DNA of 63,888 nucleotides, filler included, from Acidimicrobiia bacterium (GTDB lineage: Bacteria; Actinomycetota; Acidimicrobiia; Spongiisociales; CAZKJJ01): NCBI GenBank assembly GCA_046759765.1. It is 4 parts of 4 records of this genome, joined end to end, with 100 filler letters (N's around TTAATTAATTAA, not from the genome) between each part and the next. Parts side by side here need not be neighbours in the genome. Positions count along the whole stretch, not along the records: positions 1 to 19,825 come from JBHICV010000032.1; positions 19,926 to 39,034 come from JBHICV010000033.1; 2 more parts are not named here. One strand, written 5' to 3'. Made by a program: the position numbers and the translations under genes. Shown here in pieces: positions 19,442-28,279 of the stretch. The notes under the pieces are model-generated. The model ran no database searches and was not told the origin of the DNA. It was given only the letters and a program-made list of their open reading frames with translations. Position 1 is the first letter of the stretch. The number at the start of each line of letters is the position of its first letter.

Positions 19442-19825
19442 GGCTCGGTAGACCTGTTTCGCAGGTCGCAGTCGGGTAGCCAGAGGTCGTTCTGGCTGGA
19501 CCAAGTGTTTACAAGCCTCCAGCCGTCGCGCTCTGGCCACAGGACGGACACAGCTGTACTGGTGGACCCCGCGCCGCGAAACGTGGAAAGATCGAGGGTA
19601 CGGGCGACGACCAGGCAGTCGGGTCGGTCGAGCAGTATTCCGTCTATGCCCACGACGACGGACTCCAGGGTTGGCGGCCTCTCGAACTCGGCACTAGGCA
19701 TCGCCTCTACAGCTGCGGCTCGCATCTCCTCGGTTGCTACAACGTTGTCGAGCGCCTCGGGATCCTTGCGGTAAATAGCCTCGAACCAGCCGAAGTAGAG
19801 CTCTTGCAAGATCGCCGCCACCTCC
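19438..19825 (-). CDS. Hypothetical protein, C-terminal part (NTF2-like appearance), cut by the contig end
   Basis: Open to the gap; ATGA overlap with the downstream gene. Confidence 0.6.
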
Positions 19826-19925
19826 NNNNNNNNNNNNNNNNNNNNNNNNNNNNNNNNNNNNNNNNNNNNTTAATTAATTAANNNNNNNNNNNNNNNNNNN
19901 NNNNNNNNNNNNNNNNNNNNNNNNN
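19826..19925. other. Artificial contig spacer
   Basis: N-run with central TTAATTAATTAA (stops in six frames). Confidence 0.98.
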
Positions 19926-20116
19926 CACGATATAGACGGGAACGAATCCGCGTCACCACGCTCTCTCTGACATCTGAGAGGGCTATTCAGGAGTCCTACG
20001 GAGCCGAGCCCATGTGGAGCAGCCGCATTCACAGAACGGGCTCGACCACCTCGATGAATTACACGCGTGTCGTTCTCATCCGATAAGGTCGGAAGCGATC
20101 CGAGCAGGAGGACTGA

Positions 20117-21265
20117 ATGGCGCTCTCCAAGCGGTCGGGCCGTCCCCGTCCTTGGCTGGCCCGCTTTCGAGGTCCTGATGGGCACGAGCGAGCCAAGGCG
20201 TTCCGGCGCAAGGTCGACGCTGAGCGGTGGCTTGCCTCCCAGGAAGTCGACCGGCTCCGTGGCCAGTGGACCGACCCGCGTTTGGCCAAAACCACCTTCG
20301 CCGAGTGGGTACCGACCTACGTTGCCTCTCGCGTTCACCTCGCACCGTCCACACGCGCCGCGGCCGACTCGCTGATGCGCAACCATGTCCTCCCTTACTT
20401 CGGGCCCCGCGCTCTAGGCTCGGTGACCCAGACCGACGTCCAAGCCTTCGTGTCGGAGCTTCAAGCAGCCGGTCTGGCTCCTTCGACCATCCGTCAGTGC
20501 TACCTACTGGCCAGCGGAGTGTTCTCGTCGGCGCTCGACTCTGACCTCATCGCCCGCACTCCCTGCCGAGGTATCCACCTCCCGAAAGGCGAGCAAGAGG
20601 AGATGAGGTTCCTCACCACCGAGGAGGTCGCCGATCTCGCGGCAGCGATCGACTCTCGCTACCGCTCCTTGGTCCTTACAGCGACCTATTCCGGAGCTCG
20701 CTTTGGTGAGCTGGCCGCACTCCAGGTTTCTCGCCTAGACCTCTTGAGAGGCACCCTGACGGTCGCTCAGCAGCTCACCGAGGTCAGAGGCCGGACAGTT
20801 ATCCGCCCGCCCAAGACGGCCGCCTCACGACGCCAGATCGCCCTCCCCCGCTTCCTAGGTCAGGTCCTCGAGGAGCACCTCGGTGCGCATCCACCAGTCG
20901 ATGGCTTCGTGTTCACGTCGCCTCAAGGCGAGACGCTGAGGCGAACGAACTTCCGGCGACGGACGTTCGTGCCGGCGGTGAAGGCCTCGGTAGGCGAGCC
21001 GATGCGATTCCACGACCTCAGGCACACCCACGTGGCGATGCTCATCGCCCAAGGTGAGCACCCCAAAGTGATCCAGGCCCGGCTCGGACACTCCTCGATT
21101 CAGGTGACCCTCGACCTCTACGGACACCTTTTCGAGGGCCTCGACGAGGCCGCTGCCGTTCGGCTCGACGCGACGTTCGCGGCGAATCGCGCGGACCAAA
21201 CGCGGACCAAACGGCACCAAACGGTGCTCAAGCTTTCTCACCAGGCCAGCCAAAATGCCCTCTGA
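20117..21265 (+). CDS. Phage/ICE-type tyrosine integrase
   Basis: N-terminal arm-binding region; catalytic R (GARFGEL), HDLRH, LGH, Y (TLDLYGH); AGGAGG RBS. Confidence 0.95.
   Translation: MALSKRSGRPRPWLARFRGPDGHERAKAFRRKVDAERWLASQEVDRLRGQWTDPRLAKTTFAEWVPTYVASRVHLAPSTRAAADSLMRNHVLPYFGPRALGSVTQTDVQAFVSELQAAGLAPSTIRQCYLLASGVFSSALDSDLIARTPCRGIHLPKGEQEEMRFLTTEEVADLAAAIDSRYRSLVLTATYSGARFGELAALQVSRLDLLRGTLTVAQQLTEVRGRTVIRPPKTAASRRQIALPRFLGQVLEEHLGAHPPVDGFVFTSPQGETLRRTNFRRRTFVPAVKASVGEPMRFHDLRHTHVAMLIAQGEHPKVIQARLGHSSIQVTLDLYGHLFEGLDEAAAVRLDATFAANRADQTRTKRHQTVLKLSHQASQNAL
21190..21231 (+). repeat. Tandem 10-11 bp direct repeats CGCGGACCAAA x2, CGGCACCAAA, CGGTGCTCAA (candidate integrase arm-type sites)
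   Basis: Read directly; about 50-90 bp from the tRNA 3' end. Confidence 0.6.
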
Positions 21266-21279
21266 GCAGGGGTTTCTGT

Positions 21280-21357
21280 TGGTCGGGCTGGCCGGATTCG
21301 AACCGGCGACCTCTTGACCCCCAGTCAAGCGCGCTAACCAAGCTGCGCCACAGCCCG
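21280..21357 (-). tRNA. tRNA-Pro(GGG)
   Basis: CGGGCTG acceptor stem, anticodon arm CTTGA-CTGGGGG-TCAAG, GGTTCGAATCC T-arm, encoded CCA. Confidence 0.97.
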
Positions 21358-21362
21358 GAAAA

Positions 21363-21397
21363 CAGCCGTCAGCTATTAGCATTCAGCTGTCAGTCCG
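21363..21397. repeat. 7-nt period array (CAGCNNT)x5
   Basis: CAGCCGT CAGCTAT TAGCATT CAGCTGT CAGTCCG. Confidence 0.7.
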
Positions 21398-21426
21398 AGG
21401 ATGTTACCCAGGGAGGTAGGCCGCGC

Positions 21427-21573
21427 TCAGCCGCCCACCTGGTCGATGAGCCACATCACGCCTTGGACTGCCCGCCATCCGAGGTACAGCGCCGCTAGTG
21501 CGACCAGCAGCCAGAAGCTCCATGGTGTTGGCGGCGCCTTGTCGCGGTCCTGCTCCGAGGGGGCTTCCGTCAT
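21427..21573 (-). CDS. 48-aa single-TM small protein (not in ORF track)
   Basis: MTEAPSEQDRDKAPPTPWSFWLLVALAALYLGWRAVQGVMWLIDQVGG; ATGA overlap with the carboxyltransferase stop. Confidence 0.7.
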   Translation of the reverse strand: MTEAPSEQDRDKAPPTPWSFWLLVALAALYLGWRAVQGVMWLIDQVGG

Positions 21574-23099
21574 ACCGGCGGCACCCCGTGCCTTCGACCC
21601 GAGAAGAAACGCCCTTTGTTACGCAGGTAGGCCAAGCGTCTGATGAGCTCGCCTCGCAGCTCCTCCGCTTCGATCACCTCGTCGACAACGAGATCGGAGG
21701 CCAGGCGAACAAGGTCGACATCAGCGAGAAACTCGGCCTCCTTCTCGGCAATGAACCGCTCTCGCTCCTCTCCTTCCAGGGCCTGGATCTGGTTGAAGAA
21801 CACCGCGTTGACGGCAGGTTCCGGACCCATCACCGCGATTTTGGCCGTCGGCAGAGCCAGAGTGGCATCGGGTCGGAAGCCCGGACCGCTGAACGCGTAG
21901 AGGCCGGCTCCGTAGGCCTTGCGAAGAATCACCGAAATCCGCGGCACTGTGGCCTCGGACACGGCAGTGATCATCTTGGCGCCCGCCCGGATGATGCCCT
22001 GCCGCTCGACTTCGGTGCCGACCATGAAACCCGGGACATCGGCCAGAAAAACGAGCGGGATGTTGAACGCGTCGCACAGCCAAATGAAGCGGGCCGCCTT
22101 GTCCGCCGAATCGACGAACAGAACGCCACCCAGATGCTCAGGGTTGGAAGCCACCACTCCCACCGACTGGCCGTCCAATCGAGCCAGGGCCGTGATCACT
22201 TCTTCCGCGTAGAGCTCCTTGATCTCGAGAATGCTTCCACTGTCGAAGATCCCACGCACGAACCTGTGCATGTCGTATCCCTTGGAATCCTCGAGGGGAA
22301 TGATCTCCGATAGCGATCCGACATCGTCCGGCGGCTCACCCGCAAACGCGGGCGGCTCGTCCTCGTAATGGTCAGGGAGGTATGAGAAGTACGCCTGGGC
22401 CCAAAGAATCGCCTCCTCGTCCGTCTGAACGAGAACATCCCCGCAGCCCGAGGTCGTGCAATGCATCCGCGCGCCACCCATCTCCTCCAGGGTCGTCTCC
22501 TCCCCCACCACCATCTCGGCCATCCGCGGCGACCCGAGATACATGGAGGCGTTGCCCTCCACCATGATGACCACGTCACAGAACGACGGGATGTAAGCGC
22601 CGCCCGCGGCCGAAGGCCCGAACAGACAGCAGATCTGAGGCACCCGGCCCGACAAGCGGACCTGGTTGTAGAAGATGCGTCCCGCTCCCCGACGTCCCGG
22701 AAACAACTGAACCTGGTCTGTGATTCGAGCCCCGGCAGAATCAACTAGGTAGAAAACCGGCAGACGCTCGTCGTAGGCGGCTTCCAGCGCCCGGACGATC
22801 TTCTCCACCGTTCTCGCCCCCCAGCTTCCGGCCTTCACCGTCGGATCGTTAGCGATGACCCACACCGGGCGGCCGTAGACCGTTGCGCGCCCGGTCACAA
22901 CGCCGTCGGCGCCGTGCTCAGGTGTGAGCACGTTGGCCAGCAGAGCATCCTCGACGAAAGACCCTTCGTCACAGAGCAAGGCGATGCGGTCACGCACGAA
23001 CATCTTCTTATGTTTGATCAGCTTCTCGTGATGACGCTCCGGCCCGCCCTCACGCGATCGCTCGGTCGCCTCTCGGACCCGGTCCCCTATCTCAGACAT
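21570..23099 (-). CDS. Acyl-CoA carboxylase carboxyltransferase (beta) subunit
   Basis: DSAGARI, GPSAAGGAY, GGARMHC..SG, DVPGFMVG and RKAYGAG motifs. Confidence 0.93.
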   Translation of the reverse strand: MSEIGDRVREATERSREGGPERHHEKLIKHKKMFVRDRIALLCDEGSFVEDALLANVLTPEHGADGVVTGRATVYGRPVWVIANDPTVKAGSWGARTVEKIVRALEAAYDERLPVFYLVDSAGARITDQVQLFPGRRGAGRIFYNQVRLSGRVPQICCLFGPSAAGGAYIPSFCDVVIMVEGNASMYLGSPRMAEMVVGEETTLEEMGGARMHCTTSGCGDVLVQTDEEAILWAQAYFSYLPDHYEDEPPAFAGEPPDDVGSLSEIIPLEDSKGYDMHRFVRGIFDSGSILEIKELYAEEVITALARLDGQSVGVVASNPEHLGGVLFVDSADKAARFIWLCDAFNIPLVFLADVPGFMVGTEVERQGIIRAGAKMITAVSEATVPRISVILRKAYGAGLYAFSGPGFRPDATLALPTAKIAVMGPEPAVNAVFFNQIQALEGEERERFIAEKEAEFLADVDLVRLASDLVVDEVIEAEELRGELIRRLAYLRNKGRFFSGRRHGVPPV

Positions 23100-24414
23100 G
23101 AACGCGTGACTTTCGACGCGTGACCATGTGAATCGGGGTTCCCTCCAGCGGAAACATCCCTCGCAGCCTGCCTTCCATGAACCGCAAGTAGTCGGGACCG
23201 AGATCGCCACCTCCCACGAAAAGGACCACGGTCGGTGGCTCTATACCTGCCTGAACGGCATAGAGGATCTTGGGTCTTCTCCCTTTTCTGACCGGAGGCG
23301 GGTGGGCGTCGGTCCAGCCTCTGACCAGCCGGTTGAGACGTCCGGTCGGAATGCGCCACGCACGGTTCTCCAGGACCACGCGCAGCATGTCGGGAAGTCG
23401 ATGCAAGCGAGCCCCGGTGAGCGCAGATCCTCGCAGGACCGGCGCCCATGACACGAAGCCGAACCGGTCGCCGACACCCACTACGGTGTCCTCCTTGGCC
23501 TCGCGGCTGGCGATGTCCCACTTGTTCAGCAGGATCACGATGCCGGATCCCGAACCTGCCGCCTCCTCCGCGATTCGCTGATCCTGATGGGTCACACCGT
23601 CGTTGGCGTCGATCATCAAGACCGCGACATCGGCCCGCCTTAGAGCCTGGCGGGCCCTCAGCACCGAGTAGTACTCGGTCCCCTCCTCCAGCCGGGCCGC
23701 ACGCCTGAGCCCAGCCGTATCCACCACCCGAAGCGAAGTTCCGTCCAAATCAACCACCGCATCGATCGGATCCCGTGTCGTTCCCGGCGTCGGTGAGACC
23801 AGGACACGCTCTTCGCCCAAAAAGCGGTTCAGCAGAGTGGACTTGCCCACATTGGGCCGCCCCACCAGAGCCAAGCTCGGAATGTCTTCGTCCGGTATTG
23901 CCTCGCTCTCGCCGAGCTCCGAGACGATGCGATCGAGTAGGTCGCCGAAGCCTCGCCCATGCAAAGAGCTGACGCCGATCGGTTCTCCCAAGCCGAGGCT
24001 CCAGAACGGCACCACTAGGGGTTCCTGCCTTTCGCCGTCGACCTTGTTGACCACCACAAGAACCTCGCGGTGCGCCTCCCGGAGCACGTGTGCCACGCCG
24101 GCATCATCCTCGGTGATCCCCGTACCTGCCTCGACGACGAAAAGAACGACGTCCGCCGCCTTGACGGCCGCCTCGGCCTGAGCTCCTATGTCCAATGCGA
24201 GCTGGTCGTCCGGCGCGACGACCCATCCGCCGGTGTCAACGAGTAGAAAGTGCCGACCGGCCCACTCCGCTTGAAACTCCCTCCGGTCTCTCGTAACACC
24301 CGGCTCGGACTCGACCACGGCTGCTCGCTGGCGCAGAACGCGATTGACCAGCGTCGACTTGCCGACGTTGGGTCGACCGACCACTGCGACAATTGGGGTT
24401 CGGTCCCGGGCCAT
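23092..24414 (-). CDS. der: Ribosome biogenesis GTPase Der
   Basis: Two GRPNVGKS G-domains plus KH-like C-terminus. Confidence 0.97.
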   Translation of the reverse strand: MARDRTPIVAVVGRPNVGKSTLVNRVLRQRAAVVESEPGVTRDRREFQAEWAGRHFLLVDTGGWVVAPDDQLALDIGAQAEAAVKAADVVLFVVEAGTGITEDDAGVAHVLREAHREVLVVVNKVDGERQEPLVVPFWSLGLGEPIGVSSLHGRGFGDLLDRIVSELGESEAIPDEDIPSLALVGRPNVGKSTLLNRFLGEERVLVSPTPGTTRDPIDAVVDLDGTSLRVVDTAGLRRAARLEEGTEYYSVLRARQALRRADVAVLMIDANDGVTHQDQRIAEEAAGSGSGIVILLNKWDIASREAKEDTVVGVGDRFGFVSWAPVLRGSALTGARLHRLPDMLRVVLENRAWRIPTGRLNRLVRGWTDAHPPPVRKGRRPKILYAVQAGIEPPTVVLFVGGGDLGPDYLRFMEGRLRGMFPLEGTPIHMVTRRKSRVHV

Positions 24415-24474
24415 GACCTCAGGATAGAAGAGGCACTCGTTCGTCTGACCGAGTCGCACCCCTACCATGGCCTG

Positions 24475-25539
24475 GTGGTCACTGAAGTTCTGATAGCCGA
24501 ACCCAGAGGTTTCTGCGCCGGGGTGGAGATGGCCATCAAGGCCCTCACCTGGATGCTGCGGGTCTTCGATGAACCTGTCTATTGCTTCCATCAGATTGTG
24601 CACAACGAGTGGGTCGTGAATGCGTTCGAGCGGGCAGGGGTCATATTTGTTGACGACATCTCTGACGTTCCCGAAGGCGCTCCGGTCATGTTGAGCGCTC
24701 ATGGCTCCGCTCCCGAGGTCGTAGAAGGCGCGACGGAGCGGGCGGTGATCGTGATCGACGCGGTGTGCCCCCTGGTCACCAAGGTTCACCACGAGGTCCG
24801 CCGCCTTGCCGACGGGGCCTACTCCATCATCTATGTCGGCCACGCCGGCCACGATGAAGCGGTTGGCACTCTGGCCGAGGCTCCTGAACGCATGACCTTG
24901 GTCGAGCCGAGTGACGAACTGAGCACGTTCTCGGCGCCTAACCCGTCCCGGGTGGCGCTCGTGGCCCAGACAACCCTCGGCATGCATGAGTGGGAGTCAG
25001 TTCTGAAGAGCGCTCAAGCCGAGTTCTCCGACCTCTGGACCGCTCGCAAGAGCGATCTCTGCTACGCCACCACCAACCGGCAGGAAGCGGTTCAACTCCT
25101 CGCCTCGCGTTGCGACCTCATCCTCGTAATCGGCTCCGAGACCTCATCAAACACGCAGGCTCTTGTCCGAGTGGCCCGGGAGCAGGGAGTCGAGGCCCAT
25201 CGCATCGACAAAGCCGACGATATCGACGAGAAGTGGCTACAGCCGGACTACGTAGTAGGAGTCACCGCGGGAGCATCTGCCCCTGATCATCTGGTCAGCG
25301 AAGTGGTTGACCGGCTGGCGCCAACTGGCCGGTCGGAGCTGCTTCGGGTCACCACCGAGGAGGAGTACTTCCCGCTTCCACCCCAGCTGCGCGCTTTGGT
25401 ATCCACGTTGCGCGAGCTCGTCGAGGCCGGCTACACGGCCTCTGAGCCTGTGGATCCCGGGCTGCTGGACCAGGATCGATCCTGGACTGCGACTGAAGCG
25501 TTGTCCCTCATCGGGCTGGAAGAGTCGGCCGCCGTTTGA
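24475..25539 (+). CDS. ispH: 4-hydroxy-3-methylbut-2-enyl diphosphate reductase
   Basis: PRGFCAGV, SAHG, DAVCPLVTKVH, CYATTNRQ and TAGASAP motifs. Confidence 0.96.
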   Translation: MVTEVLIAEPRGFCAGVEMAIKALTWMLRVFDEPVYCFHQIVHNEWVVNAFERAGVIFVDDISDVPEGAPVMLSAHGSAPEVVEGATERAVIVIDAVCPLVTKVHHEVRRLADGAYSIIYVGHAGHDEAVGTLAEAPERMTLVEPSDELSTFSAPNPSRVALVAQTTLGMHEWESVLKSAQAEFSDLWTARKSDLCYATTNRQEAVQLLASRCDLILVIGSETSSNTQALVRVAREQGVEAHRIDKADDIDEKWLQPDYVVGVTAGASAPDHLVSEVVDRLAPTGRSELLRVTTEEEYFPLPPQLRALVSTLRELVEAGYTASEPVDPGLLDQDRSWTATEALSLIGLEESAAV

Positions 25540-25549
25540 CCCGAGCGCA

Positions 25550-26947
25550 CTAGAAGCCTCGTTCGTCTGCCAGCCGGTGAACTTCGGCCACCACCTCCTC
25601 GAATGACATTTCCGAGGTATCTAGCGTCACCGCATCGGGAGCTGCGCTCAGCGGCGACATCGCTCGCGTGGAGTCCTCCCGGTCGCGTCGCCTGAGATCG
25701 GCCGCCACGCCGCCTCCGGTCAATTCGGGATGTTCGCGCGATCGTCTCTGCGCTCTAACCGCCTCAGTTGCGGTAAGGAACACCTTCAGCCGGGCCATAG
25801 GGAATACGACGGTCCCTATGTCCCTGCCCTCGACCACGGCCCGGCCTCCTCGTTCCACCACCCAGGCTCTTTGTCGGTCGACCATCACTTCCCTCACCTC
25901 TGGAATGGCGGACACAGCTGAAACAGCAGCGGTGACGTCCGCTCCCCGGATCGAGGAAGTCACGTCCTCCCCGTTCACGATTGTCTTGCCATCGGAGAAG
26001 TCGAGATCCACTCCGCTGATGACCGACAACGCGTCAGGAGAGGCCGGTGAGGTTCCAGCTCTGAGAACCGCCAGTGTGGCCGCCCGGTAATAGGCCCCGG
26101 TGTCCAAGTGAGCCAGTCCCAGCACTTCCGCGACTTTCATGCTGACGGTTGTCTTGCCGGCCCCCGCAGGGCCGTCAATCGCAATGACCCAAGTAACCGT
26201 CTCCGGCTCCACGCCTTCAGTATGGACCGGGTCGCTGGCGGCCTCATAGAAGGCGCGCACCTCAGTCGCACTGAGCTCTCGCCACTCCCCGGCCTGTAAC
26301 CGTGTATCGGTGACCGGGCCAATTGCCGCTCGAAAGAGGTAAACGACCTCCAGTCCCAGTGCCTCACACATCCTGCGGACCTCTCGCTTCCGACCCTCCC
26401 CCATTACCAGCTCGAGCAGAGTCCGATCGGCATGCTTGTCCACCGACCTGGCCTCTATCGCCTTCGCCGGCCCGTCGTCAAGCTCCACACCCTCTATGAA
26501 TCTCTGCAAAATCGGAGCGCTGACCTGCCCCTCGACCAGAACTCGGTACCGCTTCGTAACACCGAACCGCGGATGTGAGACGACATGGGTGAGGTCGCCG
26601 TCGTTGGTGAGTATCAGTAGTCCCTCTGTCTCCTGGTCGAGCCTGCCGACCGGCCAGACACGAACCGCCCCGGGAACGAGGTCGGTCACAACGGGGCGTC
26701 CCTCTGGGTCCGACACCGACGACACCACTCCGCTCGGCTTGTTCAGCAGGTAGTAGACGAGATCCGGGCGCACAGGGAGTGAGACTCCGTCGACTTCGAC
26801 CAAGTCTCTCTGCGGGTCGATCCTTGTTCCCAGCTTCGCCATCACGCCATTTACGGTGACTCGCCCGTTCTTGATCAGATCCTCAGCCTTGCGGCGCGAC
26901 GCCAGGCCGGTACGAGCAATGGCTTTCTGCAATCGCTCTTCGGTCAC
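25550..26947 (-). CDS. cmk: Fusion of pseudouridine synthase (RluB-like) and cytidylate kinase
   Basis: S4 domain plus GRLD catalytic motif, then IAIDGPAGAGKTT, LDTGAYYR and EGRDIG in one ORF. Confidence 0.9.
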   Translation of the reverse strand: MTEERLQKAIARTGLASRRKAEDLIKNGRVTVNGVMAKLGTRIDPQRDLVEVDGVSLPVRPDLVYYLLNKPSGVVSSVSDPEGRPVVTDLVPGAVRVWPVGRLDQETEGLLILTNDGDLTHVVSHPRFGVTKRYRVLVEGQVSAPILQRFIEGVELDDGPAKAIEARSVDKHADRTLLELVMGEGRKREVRRMCEALGLEVVYLFRAAIGPVTDTRLQAGEWRELSATEVRAFYEAASDPVHTEGVEPETVTWVIAIDGPAGAGKTTVSMKVAEVLGLAHLDTGAYYRAATLAVLRAGTSPASPDALSVISGVDLDFSDGKTIVNGEDVTSSIRGADVTAAVSAVSAIPEVREVMVDRQRAWVVERGGRAVVEGRDIGTVVFPMARLKVFLTATEAVRAQRRSREHPELTGGGVAADLRRRDREDSTRAMSPLSAAPDAVTLDTSEMSFEEVVAEVHRLADERGF

Positions 26948-27504
26948 TCCTCAACCTTGAGGGTGTCCTCGAGAGTCTCTACGACGGCAGAGGGCGGTAC
27001 ATGGTCGGCCAAGGGCGGTAGTTCGGAAAGGCTTCCGAGGCCCATGCGTTCCAAAAACAGGGACGTGGTTCCATAGAGAACCGCGCTGCCCGGACCGGGT
27101 GCTCGTCCGACCTCGCCGACTAGCCCCCGTCTCTCGAGAGTTCGTAGCGCCGAGTCCGAATCAACTCCGCGGATCTCCGAGACCTGGTTGCGGGCAACCG
27201 GCTGGCGATAAGCAACTACCGCCAGCGCCTCAATCGCGGCCGGTGAGAGCCTGTTGGCAGTCGGAGTGGCTGCGAAGCGCTCGAGATAGGGCTTTGCATC
27301 GGAGCGTGAGTACGGGCGCCAACCGCCGGCCACCTCCCGAAGAACAACGCCCCGATTCTGTGTCTCCAGGTCGGTGCGGAGTTCCGCCAGGAGTTGCTGT
27401 ACCTCTGCATGGGGTATTTCGAGCACCTGGGCGAGTTCCTTGGTGGGAATAGGCGCTTCCGCCACGAAGAGAATCGCCTCGACTGCTGACCGCGGCTCGA
27501 TCAT
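26944..27504 (-). CDS. scpB: SMC-Scp complex subunit ScpB
   Basis: EAILF, LAVVAYRQP, IRGVDSD and YGTT..FL motifs. Confidence 0.95.
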   Translation of the reverse strand: MIEPRSAVEAILFVAEAPIPTKELAQVLEIPHAEVQQLLAELRTDLETQNRGVVLREVAGGWRPYSRSDAKPYLERFAATPTANRLSPAAIEALAVVAYRQPVARNQVSEIRGVDSDSALRTLERRGLVGEVGRAPGPGSAVLYGTTSLFLERMGLGSLSELPPLADHVPPSAVVETLEDTLKVEE

Positions 27505-28235
27505 GAGCCGTCAGGCTCGGCCATTTGGTGAACCTCGATCTCGGCGAGCCATTCCTCCTGGGCCAGCCGAACCGCCCCCCAACGGGCCAGCTCCAGAACG
27601 GCCAGGAAGTAAGCGACCACTTCCACCGGGCGGTCGCAGTGCTCAACTAACTCGGTGAAAGTGGCCCTGTTGGCGATAGCGATTCGGCGTCGGATGTCCT
27701 CGATGGCGTCGTCGACCGAGGGGAGCTCCAAGTCGAGGTGGTCGGCATCGACGTGTCGTTCCGCTAGTGCCCGGCCGGCGATGATTGCCAGTGCGGCTGG
27801 AGATATGTCGAGCCGGATGGGAGTCTCTCCGGGGTCCAGAGGCTGGTCGATGCCGACTCGCCGCGAGACGAAGCGGCCCGCCTCCTCCATCCTGTAGGCC
27901 AATACCGCCGCCACGTCCTTGAAGGTGGCACCCGCCAGGAGCTGCTGCAGGAGCCGGTCGCGCTCAGATAACAACGCCAGCTCCTCGGAAACATCGAGGT
28001 CGCTTTCTCCCGGTAGCAGAAGGCGGGCCTTCAGCTGCAGCAGCGTTGCTGCCACCAAGACAAACTCGCTCACATCCTCGAGATCGAGTTCCCCCATGGC
28101 CTCCACGGTGGCGAGGTACTCATCAACAACGTCGGTCAAGCTCACCTCCATGACATCCACCTGTTGCCTGGCAGTGAGCTGAAGAAGCAGATCGAGGGGC
28201 CCTTGGAAGACCGGCGTCTTTACCTCAGGGGCCAA
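27501..28235 (-). CDS. scpA: Segregation/condensation protein ScpA
   Basis: FQGPLDLLL, K.R.LLP and FLAVLEL motifs. Confidence 0.95.
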   Translation of the reverse strand: MAPEVKTPVFQGPLDLLLQLTARQQVDVMEVSLTDVVDEYLATVEAMGELDLEDVSEFVLVAATLLQLKARLLLPGESDLDVSEELALLSERDRLLQQLLAGATFKDVAAVLAYRMEEAGRFVSRRVGIDQPLDPGETPIRLDISPAALAIIAGRALAERHVDADHLDLELPSVDDAIEDIRRRIAIANRATFTELVEHCDRPVEVVAYFLAVLELARWGAVRLAQEEWLAEIEVHQMAEPDGS

Positions 28236-28279
28236 GGAGGCCTCCCATAAGTGAAATCGTACCGGCCACCTCCGGAAGC

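Larger units (their letters stand above)
19926..21325 (+). mobile_element. Edge of an integrative element (prophage, ICE or genomic island) at the 3' end of tRNA-Pro
   Basis: Integrase stop lies 14 nt from the tRNA CCA end; the rest of the element is lost at the gap; right boundary approximate. Confidence 0.7.

Noticed and set aside
19826..19925. TTAATTAATTAA palindrome repeated three times in the window (also at 39035-39134 and 57591-57690)
   Set aside because: Synthetic contig linker flanked by Ns; ORFs touching it and cross-gap gene neighbourhoods are artefacts
24415..24987. N-terminal extension of Der overlapping ispH (631-aa ORF), suggesting a fusion
   Set aside because: Antisense shadow of ispH; Der starts at ATG 24414 after its own -10
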